From: an uncultured delta proteobacterium
GTDB lineage: Bacteria > Myxococcota_A > Polyangia > Polyangiales > Polyangiaceae
DNA length: 64,000 nt
Reading direction: 5' to 3'
Assembly (NCBI GenBank): GCA_963716725.1
Contig: CAVQUB010000020.1
Location: 160,001 to 224,000 of the forward strand
The position numbers and the translations under genes were made by a program. Below, one piece after another: positions 28,749 through 39,074 of the stretch. A model generated the notes under the pieces. The model had not been told where the DNA came from and did not search any database. It saw only the letters and a program-made list of their open reading frames with translations. How positions within the stretch are numbered: position 1 is the first letter of the stretch; each line of letters opens with the position of its first letter.

Positions 28749-29624
28749 ATGAACGAGCAAGCGCTGGCCGATGCTTTTCTACGAGCTTTGCCCGAAGCAG
28801 AGCGGGCCGGGCTCGCCAACGCCGATCTCGGCCGAGATCTCGGTTTGCTGATGCAAGCGGCCCGAGAGAGTTACCCGAGCCTGTGCGTGGACGAGCTGGG
28901 CTTCATGCACTACGCCGCGGAGCGCTACCAACAGCCGACGCAGCTGGAGCCGGCCCGCTTCGCGGACCTCTACTTGTGTGCCGGGGCCGCGGCCGGCGAC
29001 GGAGAAGCCGTTCGCATCTTCGAGACCGAGCACTGGCCCGAGCTCGAGCCGCCGCTGTCGAGGCTGCGCATGACAGCGGCGGAGCTCGCCGATCTGCGCC
29101 AGCGGCTGTTCGAGGAGCTGTTTGTGACCCGGCCCGACCGGCGCCCAAAGATCGCCGAATTTTCGGGCCTCGGCGATCTGCGTGGCTGGCTCAAGGTCAC
29201 CGCCGTGCGACTCGGGCTCAAGGTGTTGCGCGGACGCGAGCACCACGAGAACGCCGATGAGCTGCTGGAGCAGCGTGCCGCGGAAGCCGGCGATGCCGAA
29301 CTCTCACTGATGAAGGCCGAGTATCGCCCGATGTTCAAGCTGGCCTTCCAACGCGCGCTGGATTCGCTGCCGGACCGCGACCGACTGGTGCTGAAGCAAC
29401 ACCTGCTGGACGGGCTGAGCATCGACGTCCTCGGCGATCTGCACGGAGTTCACCGCGCGACGGCCGCGCGATGGCTGACCGCCGCCCGGGGGGCCCTGGT
29501 CGCGCGCACGCGGCGCGATTTGATGCGCGACGCGAACATCAGCGCTCGCGAATGCGACAGTGTGATGAAGCTGGTGCGAAGCCAGCTCGACACGACGATC
29601 CGGCGCCGGCTCTCCGACAGCTGA
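28749..29624 (+). CDS. ECF-like sigma-70 factor, Myxococcales family
   Basis: DLYLC, FSGLGDLRGWLKVTAVR and GLSIDVLGDLHGVHRATAARWL; paralog of 60363..61271. Confidence 0.82.
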   Translation: MNEQALADAFLRALPEAERAGLANADLGRDLGLLMQAARESYPSLCVDELGFMHYAAERYQQPTQLEPARFADLYLCAGAAAGDGEAVRIFETEHWPELEPPLSRLRMTAAELADLRQRLFEELFVTRPDRRPKIAEFSGLGDLRGWLKVTAVRLGLKVLRGREHHENADELLEQRAAEAGDAELSLMKAEYRPMFKLAFQRALDSLPDRDRLVLKQHLLDGLSIDVLGDLHGVHRATAARWLTAARGALVARTRRDLMRDANISARECDSVMKLVRSQLDTTIRRRLSDS

Positions 29625-29666
29625 ACTTTCGCTGCGACCCGGCGCCTCGGGGGGGCTCTTAGGGTC

Positions 29667-30668
29667 ATGTTGCCGCTCTTTCGCCCCTCCACCCTGAGTG
29701 GGCTCTACCCCAAGGCCAGCCGAACGCTGCCTATTCTTGCTGCTTTGTCCTCGATCCACTGCTCTTCGAGCCCCGGTTCCGGGTACGGCGCCGGCGGGGC
29801 GGCCGGGGTCGGCGGCGAGTCGATGTTCGGCGGGGCCGCGGGATCGGCGGGCTCCGGGGGCGGCTCGGTCGTGGGGGGAAGCGGCGGCACCGGGGCTCAA
29901 GCGGGTGGAGGCGCCTCGAGCGGCGGAGTCGGCGGCAGTCCGTCGAGCTGCGGGGGGTACTGCGGGGAGCAAGCGCCGAGTGGCTGTTGGTGCAACGACC
30001 AGTGTTACTCGTACGGAGATTGCTGCCCGGACTATGCAGCGGCGTGCGGCAGCGGCGGCGCGGGTGGCAGCGGCGGCGCGGGTGGCAGCGGCGGCGGTGG
30101 CTCCGGGGGCAGTGGGGCGAGCGCGGGAGCGGGCGGAGTCGCCGGCTTCGATCTCGTCAACTGCACGGGGCCAGCCTCCACCACCGGCAGCGCGTCCGGC
30201 TCGACGCCCAGCGCCAAGCTGGGTTTCGTCCAACCCGATCCGTCCGGCAACGTGAAGGTGATCCTCTCGCCGAAGCTGACCACCTCAGCTGGCGATCTCG
30301 TCGTGGGGATCTATCTCTTCGCGCAGCCCAAGCAGCTCTCGTACCCGCCGAACGGCAGCGTTGGTTGCGTGATCCTCAGCGACAACGGCTCGAGCTGGGG
30401 CGTCGTCGCCAAGACGCAGATCTGCGAAGTCACGCTGTCCGCGCTTCAGTTCGCGTCGCAACCCGGCGTGTGCGACGGCGTGATCTCCGGGGTGTTCAAG
30501 GGGATCTTCAGCGGCAACCAGCCGGTCGCGGGCTCGTTCTCGCTACCGCTCGAAGTGGCAGAGTCCCAGATCAAGGCCCCTTCCTGTCAGGGCATGAACG
30601 GCCCCTGCTCGATCAATTCGGACTGCTGCTCGCAGTCGTGCTCCAAGTACATCGGGGTGTGCAATTGA
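29667..30668 (+). CDS. Exported Gly/Cys-rich protein with somatomedin-B-like and knottin-like modules
   Basis: SCGGYC..GCWCNDQCYSYGDCCPDY..C; C-terminal C-C-CC-C-C pattern. Confidence 0.75.
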   Translation: MLPLFRPSTLSGLYPKASRTLPILAALSSIHCSSSPGSGYGAGGAAGVGGESMFGGAAGSAGSGGGSVVGGSGGTGAQAGGGASSGGVGGSPSSCGGYCGEQAPSGCWCNDQCYSYGDCCPDYAAACGSGGAGGSGGAGGSGGGGSGGSGASAGAGGVAGFDLVNCTGPASTTGSASGSTPSAKLGFVQPDPSGNVKVILSPKLTTSAGDLVVGIYLFAQPKQLSYPPNGSVGCVILSDNGSSWGVVAKTQICEVTLSALQFASQPGVCDGVISGVFKGIFSGNQPVAGSFSLPLEVAESQIKAPSCQGMNGPCSINSDCCSQSCSKYIGVCN

Positions 30669-31925
30669 AACGCTGGGCGGCCGCGTGCCTCGGCGCTGCG
30701 CTCCTGGCCCTCGGCGTCGCTTGCGGCAGCGGAGGTGGTACCGCTAGCGGCGCCGGCGTCGATGGCGGAGCCGGGCTCGGCGTTGGGGGCTCGGCGGCGA
30801 CTTCCGGAGGCGGAGGCACAGCAGGGACCATCAGCGCGGGCGGCAGCGCCGGGGTGGAGGACGCCGGTGCTCCCCCGGCGGTTTGCGAGGACTACATCGC
30901 GTGCGTCGCCGAATCGACGCCGGCCGGGCTCGCGGCAGTGCTCGCCGCCTACGGCAAGTCCGGCAGTTGCTGGCAACAGGGGGACCGCTCGCTCTGCGAG
31001 CAGGCTTGTCACTCCGGGATCGTCGCGGCGCACAAAGCATTCCCCAAAGCCAAGACCTGCAACGTTTGTGACACCTCCGCCGACTGCACGTCTTCTGCGC
31101 CCGCGTGCGACCCGGCGACACTGCGCTGCGTCGAGTGCGTCAGCAACTCCGACTGCAGGCGATCCGGGGAAGCCGGCCTGCGATTCGGCCGCTCGCAGTT
31201 GCGTCGCTTGCACGAACGATAGCCACTGCGCGAGCCCAAACCAGCCGGCGTGTGACCTGGCGACCCACACTTGCGTCCAGTGCACCAACAGTACCCACTG
31301 CTCCGTCTGGACGGGGCCGGTGTGTGACCTCTCGAGCCACCAGTGCCGCGATTGCGCCACCGACGCCGAGTGCGGGTCGGGGGCGTGCCATGCGGGTCAG
31401 TGCAAAGAGTGCAAGACCGACGCACAATGCCCGCTGGCCAAGCCACACTGCGGCTCGCTCGGGGTCTGCGTCGGCTGCGTGAAGGACAGCGAGTGCAGCC
31501 CTGGAGTCTGTACCTTCGGATCGTGTTGTGGCGTGAACGCTTGCGCCAAGAACGGGGTGGAGTGCGGTTCAACCGTCGACCTGGGCTGCATCTTCCAGCC
31601 CATTTCTTGCGGCCAGTGCACGGCGAACAACCTCTGCGTCAACGGCAGCTGCAAGACGAAACCGGAAAACACCTGCGTGCCGTCGGCCTGCGCCTCCAAG
31701 AAGTGCGGCTACGTGCCCGAAAAGAACGCTTACGACTGTGTCGCGGGCAGCTCCTACTGCACCGCCAACAAAGCCTGCGACCCGGGCTTCAAGTGCGTCA
31801 AATCGAGCGTCAGTGGCAGCGACTACTACACTTGTCAGAACTACTGCGTGACCTCCGCGGACTGCGCCAACGCGAAGACCTGTCAGCCCGCGAACGGGCC
31901 GACGAGCTACGGGGTGTGCAAGTAA
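30665..31925 (+). CDS. Cys-rich repeat lipoprotein with one frameshift at about 31158
   Basis: TTG overlaps the upstream stop; lipobox GVAC; CxxCxxxxxC..PxCD repeats continue across the shift if one G is removed. Confidence 0.75.
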
Positions 31926-31936
31926 CGCGCGGGAGG

Positions 31937-32839
31937 CTAGCGGGGCTTCGCAGGCGACGACCCGCGCGCGTCCGGCTGCCAGAACTCACGGTCCACGTCG
32001 AAGCGCGTCGCCACGTACTCGGTGCTCCACGCGTAGCTCGCCTGAGCCAGCGCTCCCGAAGGCCTCGAGTACGGCGGCTTATCCGCGCTCACGCAGGTGA
32101 GCAGCACGAAGGGATCGACCCGCCTCGCGCGCCAGAACCCGTGACTCTTCGGAGCCAGGCCGGCGGGCTCGAGGCAACGCTCTTGCATGAGCGCGTCGAG
32201 CTCGTGCGCCGCACTCGTGTCTCCTTGGTCGCGTCCCGAGTGGCGCTCGGCGAGCGCTCGTTCTTCGTCGTCGTGAACGCTGATCTCCAGGTGGAGGTGC
32301 GCCGCGATGACCTGGGACGAGGCGTTGCCGGTCTTGCCGACGCTTCCAAGCACGGTTCCGGCCGGCACAGGGCGCGAGTCCTCACCGAGCTCGCTACTGG
32401 TGTTGTTCAAGTGCGCGAAGAACAGCGAGATGCGGCGTGATTCGACCAGCCCGAGGGACGACGGCAATGCGCACACGAGCTGGACCCACTTGCCGTGGGA
32501 CGAATTCTTCCCCGCACGCGCTTTGCCCGCGCAAGGCGCCTGCGTCGGTGTGCCGACGGGTGCCAAGAGGTCGAGCCCGTTGTGGCTCCCGTGGGCGCGG
32601 GGGGCGAGAAACCCACCCGAGCCCCCGCGATCGGCCCGGATGCCGTGATCCACCGGCAGTACCCAGGCCCAGCGCGCCTCGGTGGGTGGCGCGGACGGGA
32701 CCGCCGCTGGCGCGGCTGACGGACTCGATGGTTCCGGAGTCGCGACGACGGGAGGCGCTGGCTCCGGCGTCGACGCAGGCGCATTCGTCGAGGTCGGCGC
32801 GCAGGCCGCGGCGAGCGCGAGAATGCCGAGTGCCTTCAC
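31937..32839 (-). CDS. M23 family metallopeptidase lipoprotein
   Basis: HNGLD, FAHL, GKTGN and HLH motifs; lipobox AAAC. Confidence 0.85.
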   Translation of the reverse strand: MKALGILALAAACAPTSTNAPASTPEPAPPVVATPEPSSPSAAPAAVPSAPPTEARWAWVLPVDHGIRADRGGSGGFLAPRAHGSHNGLDLLAPVGTPTQAPCAGKARAGKNSSHGKWVQLVCALPSSLGLVESRRISLFFAHLNNTSSELGEDSRPVPAGTVLGSVGKTGNASSQVIAAHLHLEISVHDDEERALAERHSGRDQGDTSAAHELDALMQERCLEPAGLAPKSHGFWRARRVDPFVLLTCVSADKPPYSRPSGALAQASYAWSTEYVATRFDVDREFWQPDARGSSPAKPR

Positions 32840-33002
32840 CGCCGGCACTCTAGGGGACTCGCGCGAGGGGAGCAAAGCCCGCGCGCCTCGCGGGTCTGGT
32901 GCTAGGCTCGAAGGTCTCGATGACGCGCGTTCTCGCCACGGCGCTACTGAGCCTGGTGCTCCATGTTCGCGGCCAAGCTCGGCTCTTACCCGAAACCCTG
33001 AC

Positions 33003-33821
33003 TCAGGGCCTCAGCCACCCGATTTCGCGCGCCGTCACCGGCCCCACGCTGAGCTCCGCGAGCGTGTCGGGCGGACGCTCTTGTCCGGATGCGATCACGA
33101 CGTTGCGCGCCATGATCTCCGCCGAAGTCTGCGGGTAGAGCGGCGAGCGCTGGGGCTCGGGCAGTCCGTCAGGGACCCGCGCGCGACCGACGGCGTCGTA
33201 CTTGTCGGTGGCGCCCAGCGTGTGAAACAGCTCGTGGGTCGCCACGAAGAGCGCGAAGTCCACCATCGACTCGTCGAGTTCGACCTCGACGCTGCCCACG
33301 CGCCCCCCTTGCTCGCTCTGACCTTCGACGGTCTTCCGTCGCTCGTTCTCGGGCGGACGCAGCACGAGATAGATGCGGCTGTCAGCTGCGCGCCACTCGA
33401 CCTCGGCGCGGCAATCGACGTCGCGGAAGTAGAGCCAGGTGTTCCAGGCGTGACGCGCGAGCTCCGCGACGGAGTCGCCCGCTGGGCGGGGCGGCGGCGC
33501 GGTGACGGCGATCGGGCCATAGATCGTGAACGAAAAAGGCCTCGGCTCCCGCATTCCCCTGTAACGAGCCATCTCGGCGGTCAGGCGGTTCTCGAGCTCC
33601 GGCGCCCGGGTCTTGATTTGCGTCATCGCCGCGGCCTGCACCGGCTCGCGCTCCAAGAGCACGAGCGCGACCTGCACCGTGGACTGCCACTCGGTCCGCG
33701 CCTTGCGGCGGCGCACGTCATTCCATGCGTAGATCAGCACGACGCCGAGCACCGACACGAGCACCGCGATCCGGATCTTGCGGAAGATCGTGCCTGCTCG
33801 TCGGTCCCCCGTCTCCGCCAT
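33003..33821 (-). CDS. Membrane-anchored putative zinc metallopeptidase
   Basis: HELFHTLGATD and downstream EIMA; N-terminal TM helix. Confidence 0.65.
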   Translation of the reverse strand: MAETGDRRAGTIFRKIRIAVLVSVLGVVLIYAWNDVRRRKARTEWQSTVQVALVLLEREPVQAAAMTQIKTRAPELENRLTAEMARYRGMREPRPFSFTIYGPIAVTAPPPRPAGDSVAELARHAWNTWLYFRDVDCRAEVEWRAADSRIYLVLRPPENERRKTVEGQSEQGGRVGSVEVELDESMVDFALFVATHELFHTLGATDKYDAVGRARVPDGLPEPQRSPLYPQTSAEIMARNVVIASGQERPPDTLAELSVGPVTAREIGWLRP

Positions 33822-33824
33822 GGC

Positions 33825-35654
33825 TCACTCCCACTCGATGGTCCCCGGCGGCTTCGTGGTCAGATCGAGGCCGAGGCCCAGAACGCCGGGAAGCTCGAGG
33901 ATGAGTTGCAGATCGGCGATCACCGCGGGCGGAAGCTCGGCAGGCTTCGCCGTCATCCCGCGCTCCGAGTGGATAGGGCGCACGATGATCAGCTCGCCGC
34001 CGCGCCCCTCGACCTCGAGCGGCAGCGCCACGGTCGGGCACTGCCACACGACTCGGAGCTGATCGTGGCGCCGTAGGGCTTCCATCACCATCGCGTCCGC
34101 TTCCTTGAGCAGCTCCAGACGCTCGCGCGTGATGGTCGCGGCGCGCGGCCGCAGGGCACCGAGCGGACGACCGGTGAGATCGATCACCGCGCGATTCACG
34201 CCAGGCACGCGCTTGAAGAGGCGGGCCGCGGTCTCGATCACGCGTGCAAAGCTCGCGTCGCCCTCGAGCCACACGGGCATCTCGTAGCTGCGCAGGTCGG
34301 CCTTCACTCCCACCGATCGCACCGGCAAGAGCTGACCGTTCAGCCCGGCCGGCGCCGCGATCTCTCGGATCAGGGCATCGGAAGCCGGCGCCGCCTCCCA
34401 ACCGGGCGGGAAGCTGCCGTCGGAGCAGAGCAATCGAATGCCGAGGCCCGGTCCGGGGAAGGGGTGGCGCCAGAGCATCTCGTCGGCGATGCCGAGCTTC
34501 TCGCCGAGCTCTCGGACCTCGGACTTGTACAGGTCGTGCAGCGGTTCGATGACCCGACCCTCGCTGATCATCTGCTCGATGATCGGCACCCGGTTGTGGT
34601 GCGTCTTGATCACGTCGGCCCGCTTGGTCCCGCCGGTCTCGATCGTGTCGGGGTAGATCGTGCCCTGCCCGAGCAGCATGTGCTCGAGTCCCAAGCGCCT
34701 GGCCTCGCGCTCGAACACCTTCACGTAGGTGTCGCCGATGGCGCGGCGCTTGGCCTCTGGTTCGACCAGCCCCTCGAGGCTGGTCATGAAGTCGGAGGTG
34801 GCGTCGATGAAGTGCAGGTTCTGCGAGACGCCGAGGGCCCGGAGCGAGGCGACGACTTTCAGGCTCTCGCCCTTCCGCATGAGGCCGTTGTCGACGTGGA
34901 GCAGGTGCAAGTGATCCGGGCCGAGCGCCTCGGCGAAGAGCTTGGCGCAGACCGTGGAGTCGACTCCACCCGACGCGAGCAGGAACACGCCCTTGCCGCC
35001 CGCCTGCGCGCTGATCTTGGCGACCTCTTCCTCGACGTAGCGATGCATGGTCCAGGTCGGACGACAGCCACAGATGCCGACGGCGAAGTTCTCGAGCATT
35101 TTGTCGCCGAATTCGCTGTCGTCCACCTCGGGATGAAACTGAAAGCCGTAGCGGCGGCGCGCGTCGTCGGCGATGGCGGCATTGCGGTGCGGAACCTGAT
35201 CGCCCGGAACCAGGGAGGTCCCGATCTCGGCAAAGCCGGCGCCCAGGGCGACCACGGTGTCGCCATGGCTCATCCACACCGTCGATTCTGAGGGGACGCC
35301 CGCGAAGATTGGGGACTCTCCGCTCACGGTCAGGCGGGCCGGCCCGTACTCCCGCTGGCAATGCTCGACTTGACCGCCGTAGCGCTTGGCGACCTCCTGA
35401 TGTCCGAAGCAAAAGCCCAGGATCGGCACCGGCAGATCCAGAACCTCGCGCGTGAAACCGCCTTCGTCCGCCGACGCGAGCGCCGGGCTGCCCGACAGGA
35501 TGACACCGTGATAGCCGGCGAACGCTTCGATGGGATCGTCGGGCTGTCGGATCTCCGCGAGCACGTGCAGGCGCCGCACTTTGGTGGCGATCAGGTGAGC
35601 GTACTGCCCACCAAAGTCGATGACGGCGATGCGATCGTGGGCGGGCGCGTTCAT
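33825..35654 (-). CDS. guaA: GMP synthase (glutamine-hydrolysing)
   Basis: DFGGQY, GFCFGHQ, QFHPE, SGGVDS, IKTHHN, HPFPGPGL and KPPGTIEWE. Confidence 0.95.
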   Translation of the reverse strand: MNAPAHDRIAVIDFGGQYAHLIATKVRRLHVLAEIRQPDDPIEAFAGYHGVILSGSPALASADEGGFTREVLDLPVPILGFCFGHQEVAKRYGGQVEHCQREYGPARLTVSGESPIFAGVPSESTVWMSHGDTVVALGAGFAEIGTSLVPGDQVPHRNAAIADDARRRYGFQFHPEVDDSEFGDKMLENFAVGICGCRPTWTMHRYVEEEVAKISAQAGGKGVFLLASGGVDSTVCAKLFAEALGPDHLHLLHVDNGLMRKGESLKVVASLRALGVSQNLHFIDATSDFMTSLEGLVEPEAKRRAIGDTYVKVFEREARRLGLEHMLLGQGTIYPDTIETGGTKRADVIKTHHNRVPIIEQMISEGRVIEPLHDLYKSEVRELGEKLGIADEMLWRHPFPGPGLGIRLLCSDGSFPPGWEAAPASDALIREIAAPAGLNGQLLPVRSVGVKADLRSYEMPVWLEGDASFARVIETAARLFKRVPGVNRAVIDLTGRPLGALRPRAATITRERLELLKEADAMVMEALRRHDQLRVVWQCPTVALPLEVEGRGGELIIVRPIHSERGMTAKPAELPPAVIADLQLILELPGVLGLGLDLTTKPPGTIEWE

Positions 35655-35692
35655 GGTGGCGGAGGATGCCTCCATCATTCGCCTTCGTCGAG

Positions 35693-37648
35693 CTACTTCG
35701 CTTCCCAGCGCCCTTCGACGACACCGCCGTCACGCGTGGTCGCCACCACGCGTCCCACGTCGGCGAACACCGCGATGAACGGCACGGTCCAAGCCTCGTT
35801 CCGCCACACGCACTTCCACGGCAGCGTCCCGCCGGGCTCGTGCAGCCAGATGCTGCCCGGACTCGCCGCCCAGACCCGCGCGCCGACATCCACAGCGACC
35901 GCGCCGAAGTCCGGGCCCTGCTCACCGAAGACCAGCGGCCGTGAGGCGTGTTCGTCGAAGGCGAGCACACGCCCGCCATCGCCGACGACGGCGCCGATGC
36001 CCAGATCGGCGCGGCCGGCGCAGGATGTGTAGGGCGCGTCCTCACCCCCGGCGACGAGCTCGACCTCGAACATCAGCGGCCGATAAATCGCAGCGTAGCC
36101 GCCCCCCGCCTTGGACTCGCCTGCGAGGAGCCACCGCTCGTCGTCCAGCCGCGCGAGCGATCTCACGGACTTTGCCCGAGCCAGAGCCGCCGGCTTCATC
36201 CAGCGTCGCGCGGCCAGGGCGAACAAGAGCGGAGAATGATCCGGTCGCTCGGCGACGAGCACAGCGAGATCTTCGAGGTCCCCGCTGGCGTGGGTGAACG
36301 ACACCGACGGATCCTCGCCGCAGAGCAGGCCGGTGGCACCGTCCGCCGAATAGTGAGCGATGAAGGCGCCGTCGCCGCCGATGATCCAGTTTCCGGGACC
36401 CACGCGCTCCACGAAGCGGACCGCGGTCGCGTCGGGCAACCCGTCGACCCGCGCAGCGAGCCACCCCGTCCCATTCCAAAACACCAAGCCGTTGGTGGTG
36501 GCCGCCAGACAGCGCCCGTCCGCGTCCCAGGCGACGCTCCGCAAGATGCGGCTCCCGCCGGCCTGGTGACGCACACGCCAAGTCCAGCCGAAGCGCATCG
36601 GCGCGGAGTAGTCCGTGATGCTCTCGAGACGCCGACGGGGTGGCCGCGAACGCCGGTTGCCCGAGCGCAGCGCACGGAGCAGACCCGACACCAGCTCCCA
36701 GCCGGTGGGCGGCCGGTGTCGCGGATCGGCGGCGGTTCCTCGGGCGATGATCCGATCGATGGCCGCGCAGGCTCCCGGACGCTCCGCCAGTTCGGGGCAG
36801 AGCCCCTTGCAGCGCACGATGCTCTTGCGTGCGGGCGCGAGGGCCAGCACTGCTCCGTCGAGCACCGTGTCGGCTTCAAACAACGCCTCACCCGTGAGCA
36901 GCTTGAAGATGACGGCAGCGAGACTGAAGACATCGCTCTCGGGGCAGACCTTCACTCCGCCCTCCCGCACCTGCTCGGGAGCCGCATATCCCGGCGTGCC
37001 CCCCGCGACACCGATGAAAGTGCCGGCGCCGCCTTGGGGCCGCGCAATACCAAAGTCGGCGATCTTGAACAGCTCGTCGTGTCCGAAGCCGCAACACAGC
37101 ACGTTGTGCGGCGACAAATCGCGATGCACGACCCCGACCTCGTGGATCGCCTCGAGCCCGCTAGCAAGACAGGTCAGCGCGAGTTCCGCACGCTCGGGAT
37201 CGAAGGCAACCCCGGTCTGCTCGACGCTGAAGGCGACGCGATCTTCGAGGGTGGTGCCTTCGGCGCCTCCGTGCACGTATTCGAGAGCGAGCCAGGGCAG
37301 CCGCAGCTCGACGCCGCCTTGCTGGACGTCGATGACGTCGCTGGCGAGCATGCGGACTACGAAGGGAGTCGGCGGCACGCGCTCGTTCAGGCGGCCCAGC
37401 GCCACCGTCTCCTTCTCGACCGCGAGAGTCGCCAGGTCACCGGCCACGCGCATCAGGCTCGGACGCACCAGCTTGAGCACCACCGGGGCCTCGCCGTCGG
37501 GCGCCCGCCGGATCGCAAAAAACGCGATGGAGTAGCTGCCAGCCCCCACCATGCGCTCGATCACGTACTCGACCTCGGGCTGCGCGGCCGCGCGCACGGA
37601 GACTCCCTCGAGCCCGCGCAGGTGGTCGTCGTCGGGCGCGAGAAACAT
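35693..37648 (-). CDS. Cytoplasmic Ser/Thr kinase with beta-propeller-like C-terminus
   Basis: HRDLSPHN, DFG and GTPGYAAPE; no TM; repeated beta-strand units. Confidence 0.85.
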   Translation of the reverse strand: MFLAPDDDHLRGLEGVSVRAAAQPEVEYVIERMVGAGSYSIAFFAIRRAPDGEAPVVLKLVRPSLMRVAGDLATLAVEKETVALGRLNERVPPTPFVVRMLASDVIDVQQGGVELRLPWLALEYVHGGAEGTTLEDRVAFSVEQTGVAFDPERAELALTCLASGLEAIHEVGVVHRDLSPHNVLCCGFGHDELFKIADFGIARPQGGAGTFIGVAGGTPGYAAPEQVREGGVKVCPESDVFSLAAVIFKLLTGEALFEADTVLDGAVLALAPARKSIVRCKGLCPELAERPGACAAIDRIIARGTAADPRHRPPTGWELVSGLLRALRSGNRRSRPPRRRLESITDYSAPMRFGWTWRVRHQAGGSRILRSVAWDADGRCLAATTNGLVFWNGTGWLAARVDGLPDATAVRFVERVGPGNWIIGGDGAFIAHYSADGATGLLCGEDPSVSFTHASGDLEDLAVLVAERPDHSPLLFALAARRWMKPAALARAKSVRSLARLDDERWLLAGESKAGGGYAAIYRPLMFEVELVAGGEDAPYTSCAGRADLGIGAVVGDGGRVLAFDEHASRPLVFGEQGPDFGAVAVDVGARVWAASPGSIWLHEPGGTLPWKCVWRNEAWTVPFIAVFADVGRVVATTRDGGVVEGRWEAK

Positions 37649-37751
37649 GATCGGTCGCAGTATAGTTCGACCGCGGCCAGCCCGGGCGATTGGGGTCGGC
37701 GCGTGGGCGCGATCGGCCGGATTCCTCCGGACGCGCCGGGTCGGGACGGGC

Positions 37752-38990
37752 TCAGGCCGCGCGGACCATGGCGGCCAGCCGCTCGATGGCGCGCTCCATG
37801 GTGGCGAGCGATGGACCGAACGAGAAGCGCACGTGGTGGCGGAAACGAGACGGGCGTGTGGTGCGACGACCACCCGGGTCGACGTCGAAGAACTCGCCGG
37901 GCACCACGATCACCTTGTGCTCCAGCGCCTTCCGGAAGAAGTCGTGGCCGTTCCGGATGGACTCCGGGAGTCCGGACAGATCACCCCAGATGTAGAAGGT
38001 GCCTCGAGGCTCGGCGTCGAAGCGCACGCCGATGGCGCGGAGCCCCTCCAGAAGGCGCGTGCGCTTCTGACCGAAGGCGCGATGAATGGCCGCGCACTCG
38101 GCCAGGGCGTTGTCGGCCCGCACGAAGCGTTCGGCCGCGCGCTGAAGCGGCCTGGAGCCGCCGCCGTCGAGGAACGAGCCCGCGCTGGCCACCGCGTCGA
38201 TCACACGCTTCGGCCCGACGATCCAGGTGATCCGCCAGCCGGGGTAGCGCCAGTTCTTGGTCAACCCGTCGAAGATCACCACCGGATCTCGTTCGACGTC
38301 TTCGACGTAGCGCGCGGCGCTGACCGTCCGGGGCGAGTCGCCCCAGATGTAGTGCAGTAGAACTCGTCGAGCGAGGAGCGTGCAGTCGAGCTCGCGCGCC
38401 GCCGCGACCCAGCCCGCGAGCTCGTCGCCCTCGATCAGCTTGCCGGTCGGGTTGCAGGGGTTCGAGCATCAGGATGGCGCCGAGACCGCGCCCGAGGATC
38501 TCGCGCCGCAGCTCGGCGACCGAGAAGCGGTAGCCCTGCTCGGGGTCGAGCAGGATCGGGATGGGCGTGAAGCGCCGAAAGACGTCGAGCAGCTCTTCGT
38601 AGGCGGTGTAGTCGGGCAGGAAGTGGCCGAGGTGGACCGGTCCCGACCGCCGCACAGGCGCGCATGAGCGCCACGCGCCCGCCGCCGGAGATGGCGACGT
38701 TCTCGGCGCTGTACTGCGACGGCATGCCGCGACGGTAGAGCTCGTTGTAGAGGCCGGCGACCGCCTCGCGCAGCTCCCAGAGCCCGGCGACCGGCGCGTA
38801 CTCTTGGTCGGCAACGTCGATCTCGACGTGCGCGACTCGGGGCGGACCGCCCTCGAGCGGCCCCGTCTCGGGCATGCCCTGACCGAGGTTGCACCAGTCG
38901 GGGTCCTCTGTGCGAGTAGCCGAGTCGCTGGGCTTCGGTCGTCACGTAGATCACGCCGGTGCGCGGGACGGGACGAATGGCGTTGAGCAT
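37752..38990 (-). CDS. PLP-dependent class I/II aminotransferase with at least 4 apparent frameshifts
   Basis: NLGQGMPE, GLWELREAVA, SNPCNPTG, DEFY and LTKNWRYPGWR are spread over all three frames. Confidence 0.82.
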
Positions 38991-39074
38991 GAGCGCCGGA
39001 CCATAGTGTCGGGGGATCCATCGGTCAAACACCCGGAGCCGGCGCGGCGAGGGTGCTGCGCGAGCAACGTCGAG

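Noticed and set aside
33718..38230. Very long alternative-frame or antisense ORFs (33718..36045, 35948..38230; also 47315..49645)
   Set aside because: Arg/Ala/Pro-rich shadows of real genes, expected in high-GC DNA.
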